Source: a virus (lineage: Duplodnaviria; Caudoviricetes). Taken from it: a DNA stretch of 64,000 nt. Each line of letters opens with the position of its first letter. Position 1 is the first letter of the stretch. The position numbers were made by a program, and so were the translations under genes. The notes beneath the pieces are model-generated. The model saw only the letters and a program-made list of their open reading frames with translations. It was not told the DNA's origin and ran no database searches. The DNA lies in IMG/VR virus record IMGVR_UViG_3300035208_003115, one strand, 5' to 3'. Below, piece by piece: positions 47,388 to 56,359 of the stretch.

Positions 47388-48269
47388 TTAATGCTCTATT
47401 AGAGTGGTAGTACTTACTTCGTTTAGACCCGAGATTAGAGGGCCAGTATCGACATCTGCTGTTAGTAATCCGCTAGGAGGGATGCCCTCCACTACGGCGT
47501 CGAAGAAGACCTTTTGCTCTTCAGTCAGGTTGCGATCAACCTTCATCTCTAGATCAATTTCAGATATCAATCTCTGGGGAAGCAGATAGTGTTCTTCACT
47601 TTTGACAAGATACTGAAGGGAGCGAACCGATATATCATCTCTCCACTTTATTACATCTTTGTCTATTCCCCTCTCCCAGAATTGAATCTTCTGAAAGCCC
47701 TGCATCATAATGGAGCCCTTAAAGAACTCCATGTATTTCTTGAACCAATCGACTAGCCCATCAGCGCCGCGGCCGGTTGAGGACCAGCAGTCAAACTGAA
47801 CTAGATTGTCCATTTCATGGGTCTCTACCCCATAGATAGTCCCCGGATGTTCGTTGACCCTTAGGTCTTCTTTATGCATCGGGGCTCTCATCTTCTCAGA
47901 GCCAAAAGGCCTACGATATCCGGCTGGTGCCTGAAATCGCATAGTAAATGTTATTACGTTACAAAAAGGATACAGGTAGTAATAGTCATCTAGAGTTTGA
48001 ATATTCTCAAACTGAATCTTAGATGAATCCTTCATCTTAGTCATTGGGTATCCCATAACTAGGGGAACCCACGTTGCCCGGGCCTTCTTTAGAAACTTCT
48101 CCTGATAAATCTTCATTCCTCTTAGAACGAGGGTGGAGAAGTCGTCTATTGTGCCGTGTCTCCGCATCTTAGTGAGCGGAAGGTCAGGGTATGTGAGGGA
48201 AACTGGATCTGGGGTATAGGCCCCATTGTTAAGATCCGTAGTTCCAAAGTAGGAGGAACCCATTACCAC
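47388..48269 (-). CDS. Tail completion/terminator-like neck protein
   Basis: Position before the sheath; DNLVQFDCWS...RSLQYLVKSEE motif. Confidence 0.55.
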   Translation of the reverse strand: MVMGSSYFGTTDLNNGAYTPDPVSLTYPDLPLTKMRRHGTIDDFSTLVLRGMKIYQEKFLKKARATWVPLVMGYPMTKMKDSSKIQFENIQTLDDYYYLYPFCNVITFTMRFQAPAGYRRPFGSEKMRAPMHKEDLRVNEHPGTIYGVETHEMDNLVQFDCWSSTGRGADGLVDWFKKYMEFFKGSIMMQGFQKIQFWERGIDKDVIKWRDDISVRSLQYLVKSEEHYLLPQRLISEIDLEMKVDRNLTEEQKVFFDAVVEGIPPSGLLTADVDTGPLISGLNEVSTTTLIEH

Positions 48270-48829
48270 TCCTCCCTTTCACAGATTGCCCTGACAAATT
48301 CGATACGGCCATTATCAGCCCTATGTATTATACGCTGGATAATCTTAAATTTCTCTAAATGGTTCGATTCTCCTAAGTTTGTTGGAACCGACCCATCGGT
48401 TTCTAGAGCTATTTCAATGATCTTATCTCTCTCATTTATCCAGTTCTGATTGTAATCAAAGAAGAAATTAACCCCATTTATAATGGCTGTACCAGGGTCT
48501 CCTTCTTGAAGACTTCCAACAATCGTTCCACTGTTGGACCCGACCAATGAACGCCACGCTGTGTAGGGGGCCTCAGTATACGTATACCCTTCCCCATGGC
48601 AGACCGAGCAGTTGGGGTCGGGTTTTCTATACTTTTGGCCTTGCTCTTCCAACACACAGGGGCACACTGTATCCATGTGCCTTACTAAGACTATATGACC
48701 TTGTGGTTTTTGTTTTCCATCACCATACAAGATCTTCATCATCTCTGCGCGGAGATCTATTCCATAGCCCCTGGCTGTACTTGTTTGCCAGGTCGTATCA
48801 GTTGTCCTCCCGCCCCACTCGATACCCAT
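48263..48829 (-). CDS. Head closure/neck protein with Zn-binding Cys cluster
   Basis: CPC...CSVCHGEGY; C-terminal RADNGRIEF; position. Confidence 0.6.
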   Translation of the reverse strand: MGIEWGGRTTDTTWQTSTARGYGIDLRAEMMKILYGDGKQKPQGHIVLVRHMDTVCPCVLEEQGQKYRKPDPNCSVCHGEGYTYTEAPYTAWRSLVGSNSGTIVGSLQEGDPGTAIINGVNFFFDYNQNWINERDKIIEIALETDGSVPTNLGESNHLEKFKIIQRIIHRADNGRIEFVRAICEREEW

Positions 48830-48839
48830 TTAGGTTTCC

Positions 48840-50279
48840 TTAGGCGTTAGGATTTGAGCCAGTATTACCGGTCTCAGTTGTTGTTCCAGCAATAAATCCT
48901 GCTCTTTTGGGTGGCTTAGTTTGGTCATTTAGACCCCACTGGACTTTGAGTCCCGGGATCCACTTAGCTCTACCAGTGATATAGTCTAGCCATTCTTGAA
49001 CTTCACCCTTGATTCCTTTTTGCGGGTTACCCTCGAGCCTTTCCAGGATGGGGCCGACAGTTGATTTATAGATATCGCCCGATCCGGTTGAAATCTTAAG
49101 GTCATCAAGGGATTTAGAAGCGCCTGGACCTCCGCCCAGCATAATGCTATCAGTGTATCCAAGATATTTGGCACGGAGCAAATCATACCAAGTCTTCGCG
49201 AGGACGAATCTCTTGACATACTCGGGCGGGCCAGTTACTGGATCTACAGTAAAGGCAACACGTGATAACGTGATTTCCTGTCCTGTATATCTAGTCGATG
49301 TCCACGGCTGGATGACTGAGGGTCTTTCTGCAGAATACCATAATGCTAGAATTGAATTCGAGTGAATGATTCTGGCAATGGTATCATCTGGTACATCTGT
49401 AATCAGCGGGCCAACGGGAGTCAGCCTCACATGATTAACTCCAACATAATATGGATCCATCTCAGTTAAGAAGGAAAATTCGTATTCCGCTCCCATATAC
49501 GTTCCATCAGTTGCTCTGACAGTCGTTGGAATGGTTACTGTAATTTCCCTATTAACATCAAATACACTAGGCGAATTAAACGTAAACATTGCCTGCCACA
49601 AAACTGAGGTCCATGTTCCGGAGGTGGTCAGATCTGTAACTGGCGCAAAGGGATCTTCTAATACATCTTTAGATAATATACTAGCCGGTTCACTGTCACA
49701 GGAGCTTATCGCTGATAGTGTGGCCAAGTCTACCGGTTTGTTGAAACATATAATTATGGTCGGTATTCCGCTAACATCAACATTAATTCCAGACGGATCT
49801 ACATTGTAAGTATTATCCGCTGGGTTCGTCGATCTCACAGCGTAGGTCGTCCAATAGTCAACTCCGGCTGGATAGATAATTCCGGATGGAACTCCAGATG
49901 GTTCTGCTTCTTCAGGCGGAGTATAGAAACGACCGTCGTTAGTTATGAATGTAAATTGATAATTACTTGCCAAAAGATCAGGGTCGCCCCAGGCATCGGG
50001 AATCGAGCGGACACCTGCTGTGCCACCTAGGATTGTGCAGATATATTCGTGACGAGTTAAAAGAGGGTTAGTAGGGGTAAATGTTGCGGTATTAGTTGCC
50101 GCATCGAAGGAATATGTCCCGGATATAATATTATAGTCCTGGTCATACAGGACGAATGTGGAGGCATTAATAGTGGCGGGATCAATAGCGCGAGCAGCGC
50201 TAATCGTAAAGCTTATAGTGTTACCGATATAGACTTCGGTTTCGCTATTGGACGGGCTAGATGAGGTAATACTTGCCAT
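48840..50279 (-). CDS. Head-tail adaptor with N-terminal Ig-like (Big_5-type) domains
   Basis: SSSPSN...IDPATIN...FTPTNPL...YQFTFIT and a second STNPAD...FNKPVD unit; helical C-terminus with SKSLDDLKIS; follows the MCP. Confidence 0.6.
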   Translation of the reverse strand: MASITSSSPSNSETEVYIGNTISFTISAARAIDPATINASTFVLYDQDYNIISGTYSFDAATNTATFTPTNPLLTRHEYICTILGGTAGVRSIPDAWGDPDLLASNYQFTFITNDGRFYTPPEEAEPSGVPSGIIYPAGVDYWTTYAVRSTNPADNTYNVDPSGINVDVSGIPTIIICFNKPVDLATLSAISSCDSEPASILSKDVLEDPFAPVTDLTTSGTWTSVLWQAMFTFNSPSVFDVNREITVTIPTTVRATDGTYMGAEYEFSFLTEMDPYYVGVNHVRLTPVGPLITDVPDDTIARIIHSNSILALWYSAERPSVIQPWTSTRYTGQEITLSRVAFTVDPVTGPPEYVKRFVLAKTWYDLLRAKYLGYTDSIMLGGGPGASKSLDDLKISTGSGDIYKSTVGPILERLEGNPQKGIKGEVQEWLDYITGRAKWIPGLKVQWGLNDQTKPPKRAGFIAGTTTETGNTGSNPNA

Positions 50280-50319
50280 TAACTATCCTCCGTCCCTGAT
50301 GGTAGGCCATCCTTAATTA

Positions 50320-50360
50320 GCAGAGCCGGCAGATGGGTTTCCCCACCCACCGGCTTCTGC
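50320..50360 (-). terminator. Long GAAA-capped stem-loop after the major capsid gene
   Basis: GCAGAAGCCGGTGGGTGGG-GAAA-CCCATCTGCCGGCTCTGC; weak U-tract. Confidence 0.65.
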
Positions 50361-50390
50361 ATTATTCTCTACATTCTGTTCGGTTACTGA

Positions 50391-51653
50391 TTAGATGTTG
50401 CGATCAGGAGACTGAACAGTATCGACCTGGTGGACGTCGCTGAAGTTATACGTCTGAGCCAGAGCGATATTACGGGCAACTGCGATTGATTTGCCCTGAG
50501 ACAGTGTTCCAAGACCGTAAATCTCACGAATCTTGAGAGAACGAATGTCCCTTAGAGGATCATTGAAATCCTCGGTTGAGATATCCTGTTTCTGAACTAG
50601 GACGCCCGTTTCTGCGTCGTCGAGAACGTAGATATCAGTGAGAGGTGTCTTGGCCTTGCTTGATGCGTCTGTAACCAGGGTTGCGCCCGGAGCAAGTCCA
50701 TCAGACATCTTGGTAACAGTGGCACCCTTCGGGATGAAGCGGACATACGGAGAGACCATGACCCGTAGTGCAACCGGGAACAGTCCCTGCGGAAGTGCCG
50801 TCTGAGTTGTGGTGAGGTTCGGAGCAATGGTTCTCTGCTTGAGATTAGGATTACCATCCCAGCCAGTCTGACCAACGCTACCGGACATCTGACCACCCCA
50901 GAAGTGACCAGCCATCTTGGCGATTTCGCGAAGGAACGGATCCTTAGCGAACATTGCCCATGCGAGCGGGTGCATGATGATTGTGTTCGGGGTCCAGCTG
51001 CCGTTAAGCAGGTAGGCGATCATGTCGAACAAGTCATCAAGGTGAATGCCACCATTAAGAGTTCCGGTGCGATCCACGCCACGAGTTGCACCGATAACGG
51101 CCAAGGCGGGCTCGACGTTGTCGAACACCTTCTGGCCCATCGTTGCGAACAACGTTGCGCACTTGACTTCCTTGTGACGAGCAAGAGCGCGACCAGCAGC
51201 ACGAAGATGCATGCCAATGACATCCCACTGGGAGTCATTGATCATTTCCTCTGTGATGCGAACCAAGAGACCAGACTTCGTGACATTGATAGCCACGATG
51301 TTCCCGCCTCCGAGGTCTAGCTGCTTCTCGGGATATGCCTGGCCCTCGCCGATATCCTCTGCAGTGATAGCGCCGACTGCCGGGAATTCGATAGAGCGAC
51401 CAGTATTGATCCTGATCGTTTGAAATAGCTCGGAGATTACGAGCCGGGGCTCGATAGCCTCTTTAACGACCTGCGAGATCACCTTTGGGATGAACATCGT
51501 CATGTCAGTAGAGACAAGCAAGTCCTTGACCTTGAAGGTCAATGCGTCAGATACAACACCGTTATTCAAGAACATCATCTCAACGTTCTTGAAAAGCTTA
51601 TCCTTGATGGCCTTAGCTTCGGCGGTTGCTGCATCGTTAATCGGTGTACTCAT
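50391..51653 (-). CDS. Major capsid protein (HK97 fold)
   Basis: GGAGG RBS; IPKVISQVVKEAIEP, IGEGQAYPE, KSGLLVRITEEMINDSQWD, PNTIIMHP; follows the protease and decoration genes. Confidence 0.9.
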   Translation of the reverse strand: MSTPINDAATAEAKAIKDKLFKNVEMMFLNNGVVSDALTFKVKDLLVSTDMTMFIPKVISQVVKEAIEPRLVISELFQTIRINTGRSIEFPAVGAITAEDIGEGQAYPEKQLDLGGGNIVAINVTKSGLLVRITEEMINDSQWDVIGMHLRAAGRALARHKEVKCATLFATMGQKVFDNVEPALAVIGATRGVDRTGTLNGGIHLDDLFDMIAYLLNGSWTPNTIIMHPLAWAMFAKDPFLREIAKMAGHFWGGQMSGSVGQTGWDGNPNLKQRTIAPNLTTTQTALPQGLFPVALRVMVSPYVRFIPKGATVTKMSDGLAPGATLVTDASSKAKTPLTDIYVLDDAETGVLVQKQDISTEDFNDPLRDIRSLKIREIYGLGTLSQGKSIAVARNIALAQTYNFSDVHQVDTVQSPDRNI

Positions 51654-51681
51654 GTAGGCGTTTCCTCCTGTTAAGTTAGCC

Positions 51682-52503
51682 TTAGAACTTCAGCCGGATA
51701 CGGGCGGCCTTAGTTGCGCCGACTGCAGCCAGATGCCCCGGCATACCACCAGTTTCAGAACCTGGGGTCTCCGAGTATGGATACGTCTGGACATACTGTA
51801 GCATGTCCTTCGGAAAGTCTGAGTCAATTAGGAGGACTTGTCCAACGGCCTGATTGATGTTGTCCACGCCCTGCGTCCACTTGATAAACTTTCCATTAGC
51901 GTCTGACATTACCCAGTCGCCGTTTACTAGGTCACCTGCACCTGCTTGTGCATAGGCCACTGCATTCATCTTGGCCTTTGCAGCTGCGATTGCTAGAGCA
52001 GCCGTAGCAGGAGAACCTAGGTCAGCATAGGTAAAGTAGGGGACCTCAACAACGCGCTCGCAGAGAATGCCAATAGCATCACTCTGGATCTTGTAGTTGA
52101 GATACCGACCCTTTGTATCCTGGTAAACGTCAAGAGGTAGCACGCCAACAGGAATGTTAGAGGTTACAGATGCGGTATCACCAGCAACGGCTAGAGTGCC
52201 ATCGGCTTTACGAACGCCGGCATTCTGGTCATCGATAGTGTATACATACGCACCATTGGTGGTGTCTCCACCGTTTGCAGGAACTAGGTTACCAGTAGTA
52301 TCGATGGCAACAATAGTACCCTTTGATAGAACTATCCAGTCCTTGAGCTCCATGTCCATGAACACGACAGGAAGGTCCGTAGCCGGCTTGTAAGCAACTG
52401 CCGGGCGATCAGGGTCACTGATCTCGAACGCTGGCCGTGTCCTCGAACTGAAGGCCCAATTACGAACTGGCAACTTCGAGGAATTACCGACTGTTTCAGC
52501 CAT
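51682..52503 (-). CDS. Capsid decoration/cement protein
   Basis: Between protease/scaffold and MCP; KGTIVAID...LVPANG and GDWVMSDANGKF...VGQVL beta-tulip-like motifs. Confidence 0.65.
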   Translation of the reverse strand: MAETVGNSSKLPVRNWAFSSRTRPAFEISDPDRPAVAYKPATDLPVVFMDMELKDWIVLSKGTIVAIDTTGNLVPANGGDTTNGAYVYTIDDQNAGVRKADGTLAVAGDTASVTSNIPVGVLPLDVYQDTKGRYLNYKIQSDAIGILCERVVEVPYFTYADLGSPATAALAIAAAKAKMNAVAYAQAGAGDLVNGDWVMSDANGKFIKWTQGVDNINQAVGQVLLIDSDFPKDMLQYVQTYPYSETPGSETGGMPGHLAAVGATKAARIRLKF

Positions 52504-52530
52504 TATATAAAACCTCCGTGGTTTTCCTTA

Positions 52531-54183
52531 CTATTCACTGCGCGGATAGTAGCGTCCGCCAAATAACATGGCACCGATTTCAACTGGGGTCATGCTATCT
52601 ATTGTCCGACGAATCTGATCCAACTGGCTCTGAACTGGGGACTGCCCATGTTCATCCTTTATTGCAACTGGGGCTGGCTTGACCTGCTTTGAGATCTTGG
52701 TCTTCCGGAGATCCGTGATGGCATCTACGATAGACTCTAGTGACCTCTTTTGCATTTCATCGGCAACCACTTTACGCTCGTCATCTGATGCGTAAGTTTC
52801 CAGTCCAAGGGTCTGTTTCAGATCTAGGAGTTCTGCGATTTTCTCATCGCGAATCCCAGACTGTAGATCAGAAATCTTCTGGACTAAACTTCTATTCTCG
52901 TCAGTAAGCTCCTGATTCTTCTCAGCTAGCTCCTTGATACGAGGATCTTCACCTTTTGGCTCTTCAGCCTTAGGTTTATTAGAATCAGTAGCCATCGGAG
53001 CTTCGGGCTCTTTAGGAGCCTCTTCTTTCCCCGGAGCAGCTGGTTCTTCTACGGGCACTTCTTCTGCTGGTGCTTCAGCTGGTGCTTCAGCAGCCGCATC
53101 TGCCGGTGCTGGAACCTCAGGTGTTTCTGCAGGAACTTCCTTGGCGGGAGTTTCAACAGGCGCTTCAGTAGCAGGAGCTTCTACGGCTTCTGCTGGGGCA
53201 GCCGGCTGTTCCTCTGGCCTTGGAGCTTCTACTGGTGTATTATCTGCCACTAGGTTAGCCCCTTTCGCAGGGATTTTGGCCTTAGCATCATCTAGGTGTT
53301 CTATTACTTGAACTAGACGCTGTCCATAGACCTTATAGAGACTATCGACTGTTGTCGAATCATCTAGATTCACCATTTTCTTCAGGGCGTCGTTCAAAGC
53401 GTATAACTTGAACATACGCCTAGAAGTGTCAGCGACCTGCTTGTCAATGGTTGTATTCTCTTTGTAGTTATAGACTTCGAGAATACTGTCTTTCGCATCT
53501 CCCTCAATCTCTCGATTAAGGACTACAGCAAACGGGTCGGCTGGCTCATTGACAAATGAGAGTTCATCCCAGACGAACTTGCCACCAGTCCAGTAAGCCA
53601 TCTGAGTGATTCCCGTATCTTCGTCAGTGTATTCGTGACCGAAGCGGTGCTCGCATCGTCCATCTGATAACCAGTTCTGATTACAGATGGAGCAAGTCAT
53701 CGCATCGGTTTCACCGCTAACAGAAACGGTAAGATATCTTCCGTCGAGAACCTTTTGGACCGCTTCTGGGTCCGAGACGTTTACAAGGTTCTGCATATGA
53801 CCAAGACCACGGAATGAAAAGTCTTGGCTTCGAATGGAGTTCTTAAAGTTAGGCGTTGTGATCGGAACTGTTGAACGCCATATGGATCCTAAATTTCTAC
53901 CGAGAGGTTCGGTCTGAGTGTCATGATTCTTCAGAACGGGTTTTGGATAAGGTTCCGTCCACGACTTTGTAGACTGAGCCAATTCCTCTGGCTTGTAATA
54001 GCCAAAGTTTCCATTAACAATCCCACCATGGGTAACTGCGATTTCCGAGAGAAGACCAACTTTGCTCCCGGACTTTGCCGAGTCGAGAACCATATTAGCA
54101 ACATGGTCTCTAACTTTAGGAGCGATACAGGCTAAGGAATCTTTGATGTCGAATGCTTCGAAGATTTTAGCTGACTTGGCCAT
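52531..54183 (-). CDS. Prohead protease fused to scaffold
   Basis: THGG...N-x-N, PVLKNHD...GR, TVSVSG, CSIC...CEH, ELSFVNEPAD; then a Pro/Ala/Glu linker and coiled coil. Confidence 0.8.
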   Translation of the reverse strand: MAKSAKIFEAFDIKDSLACIAPKVRDHVANMVLDSAKSGSKVGLLSEIAVTHGGIVNGNFGYYKPEELAQSTKSWTEPYPKPVLKNHDTQTEPLGRNLGSIWRSTVPITTPNFKNSIRSQDFSFRGLGHMQNLVNVSDPEAVQKVLDGRYLTVSVSGETDAMTCSICNQNWLSDGRCEHRFGHEYTDEDTGITQMAYWTGGKFVWDELSFVNEPADPFAVVLNREIEGDAKDSILEVYNYKENTTIDKQVADTSRRMFKLYALNDALKKMVNLDDSTTVDSLYKVYGQRLVQVIEHLDDAKAKIPAKGANLVADNTPVEAPRPEEQPAAPAEAVEAPATEAPVETPAKEVPAETPEVPAPADAAAEAPAEAPAEEVPVEEPAAPGKEEAPKEPEAPMATDSNKPKAEEPKGEDPRIKELAEKNQELTDENRSLVQKISDLQSGIRDEKIAELLDLKQTLGLETYASDDERKVVADEMQKRSLESIVDAITDLRKTKISKQVKPAPVAIKDEHGQSPVQSQLDQIRRTIDSMTPVEIGAMLFGGRYYPRSE

Positions 54184-56359
54184 TTTCTTCCTCTACTAGT
54201 GGTTCAAGAGTGCATTCACAATTTATATGGTGTGGAGGGACATCCTCCGGTTCAGCATGTTCGACATCGATACGAGTTCCGTCGAGTGCCTTACATGCAT
54301 CGCATGCGCCTGAGTTCACTCTTATAATCGCAGTAGGGGATCCAGTTTGTTTTAGTGCATAAGCATGACCGTAGTTAAAGGCCTTGCTTACTCCCGTTAC
54401 AACTGCAGAATCTAAGTAATATTTTCTTACATCAAATAGTGACGAAAGGGACTTGACTTTTTCAGTCATACTACTGGTAGATAGTCCCAATATATTCATA
54501 ACATCATTTTGTAGGTTTGTCATGGTCTTACGGACGAATTTACCATATTGGGTCAAAACGTCTTTGGAGCGCGCATCCTCTATCGCCCTTCGAGCGGCAG
54601 AGATCTGTCCCGGGAACCCTTGACTAAATCCATCTACGAATGCTTGGTCTATATGCGGAGAGGAGGTGCTCATAACGAAGTCTTGCATGATTCCAATCGT
54701 TAGTTTCGCGTTATTTACGTGGCTTTCTTGCACCCCTAGACCTTCCTGCTCTGCTCTAGCCAATACATTCATAACGTCCCGGCGGGCATTGTCATACTGG
54801 GTATTGACGTTTGTGAGAAGTCTTTTTACTGATTCTGACCTTTTAAGGCGGGCAATATCGGTCTTGGCATCCGTGAGGATATCTCTTTTTCTACCCGGAG
54901 CGGATTTAGTTCCATGTTGGTTAGAAGGTCTCGAGGCGTTACTTGTAGCGCCGGATCCCTCTGCTGGTTTGACTTTTGCTGAAGCGCTGAGTTCGGCGAG
55001 CTCGAGATCATATTCGACAAGCTTGGCTGGTCCGAAGAGATTGAAGAATAGTTTCTGGGCATCGTCACTCTCAGTATCTAGAACCTCGTATCCCAGACCT
55101 AGACGATATTCGTCATAGGTAATTGCATTGTTAAGAAATAATTGAATAAGCTGATTCTCTTTCTTTATTTTACTATCAATATCAATTTCGGCGAAGATGA
55201 GATGGGCTTCGATTGCGTTAGCCTGATCATATGTTTCGTAGCCACCTTCTTGAAGCAATTCTTTAATAATCATTTCATCCCAGAATACAGATAGAACTTT
55301 CTGGTAGAATTTAGCTTTCTCGGTAAGGGAGTTATACATCGTCTCAGAGGATGCTCTGGATGCTCCTCCGGAGAGACCGTATGAGACTTCTCCGATACCT
55401 AGCCCCATAAGGACGCGATTCTGGAAGTGTTCAATATATTTTTCTGCCCCTATTGCTTCCCCTTGCGCTCCGAGAACTTCAATCTTGTGGTGCCAGGGAG
55501 TAACGAACCCGCCCTCTGTAGGCATGTTCTCAATATCTGAAGCTATTTTTTCAATCTCTTCTGGTTCTATCTCGTGATCTTTATTCCCAATGATGTATTG
55601 ATAGAGTGGGAATAAGTGCTGGTGGATGAGAAGCTCAACATTCTCTTCTATTTTACGGAGAACCCTTATGTCATCTAGAACGGGCCAAATATAGGGTTCG
55701 CCAACATTGTTACGCTCATATTTAAAGCAATAGATGTGAACCATGTCCTCAACTCGGACATTCTTTGGCTTGGTATTCCCACCTCCACCTGTTCCACCTT
55801 GAACTGTGGGAGCCACAACATATCTCTTGACATTTCCCTTATCATCTCTTTCAGGCGCGACAGTGGTTGGGTCAAGTCGCTGGTATGTTGAGATGGGAGG
55901 GAGAGAGGCTTCGTTCTTGATGGGGTTACCACTTGAATTCTCTTCGTCACGGACCTTATATAGGAAGCAATTAGAATACTTGATTAAATCATCAAGAACT
56001 TCACGCACCAGGATATCATTAGGCTTACCTGCAACAATCGCAATTTCAGTGAACCGCTGTTTTAGATAGATGACAATTTCAGGATCTTTGCAAGCAATAG
56101 TCCAACCACTGTTGGTGCCCTTTTCGGCTATCTTGGCGAATGTCTGGAAGGCGATAGATTCATTATCTACGAATCGGTCGATGGTAGCGAGATCATAAGT
56201 CTGGGAAACCTGATTGCCACCGGTTCTTGCAGTTACCGTTTGAGGATTAATCGGAAATGTTTTACGAAGAACAACGACATTCTTCGGGTCAAATTTATCC
56301 TCAACGGACTTGGGAGGTAGATCGGGTGTTCCGAAGAGTCTCGAAAATATATTCGCCAT
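54167..56359 (-). CDS. Portal protein with C-terminal MuF/gp7-like domain
   Basis: DLIKYSNCFL, RLDPTTV, DMVHI...G-x-P portal motifs; C-terminal CDACKALDG...PPHHINCEC. Confidence 0.8.
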   Translation of the reverse strand: MANIFSRLFGTPDLPPKSVEDKFDPKNVVVLRKTFPINPQTVTARTGGNQVSQTYDLATIDRFVDNESIAFQTFAKIAEKGTNSGWTIACKDPEIVIYLKQRFTEIAIVAGKPNDILVREVLDDLIKYSNCFLYKVRDEENSSGNPIKNEASLPPISTYQRLDPTTVAPERDDKGNVKRYVVAPTVQGGTGGGGNTKPKNVRVEDMVHIYCFKYERNNVGEPYIWPVLDDIRVLRKIEENVELLIHQHLFPLYQYIIGNKDHEIEPEEIEKIASDIENMPTEGGFVTPWHHKIEVLGAQGEAIGAEKYIEHFQNRVLMGLGIGEVSYGLSGGASRASSETMYNSLTEKAKFYQKVLSVFWDEMIIKELLQEGGYETYDQANAIEAHLIFAEIDIDSKIKKENQLIQLFLNNAITYDEYRLGLGYEVLDTESDDAQKLFFNLFGPAKLVEYDLELAELSASAKVKPAEGSGATSNASRPSNQHGTKSAPGRKRDILTDAKTDIARLKRSESVKRLLTNVNTQYDNARRDVMNVLARAEQEGLGVQESHVNNAKLTIGIMQDFVMSTSSPHIDQAFVDGFSQGFPGQISAARRAIEDARSKDVLTQYGKFVRKTMTNLQNDVMNILGLSTSSMTEKVKSLSSLFDVRKYYLDSAVVTGVSKAFNYGHAYALKQTGSPTAIIRVNSGACDACKALDGTRIDVEHAEPEDVPPHHINCECTLEPLVEEENGQVS

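Noticed and set aside
52934-53311. Plus-strand Ser/Ala/Gly-rich ORF and other plus-strand ORFs across the window
   Set aside because: Antisense to well-supported minus-strand genes (here the Pro/Ala/Glu scaffold linker); no independent support.
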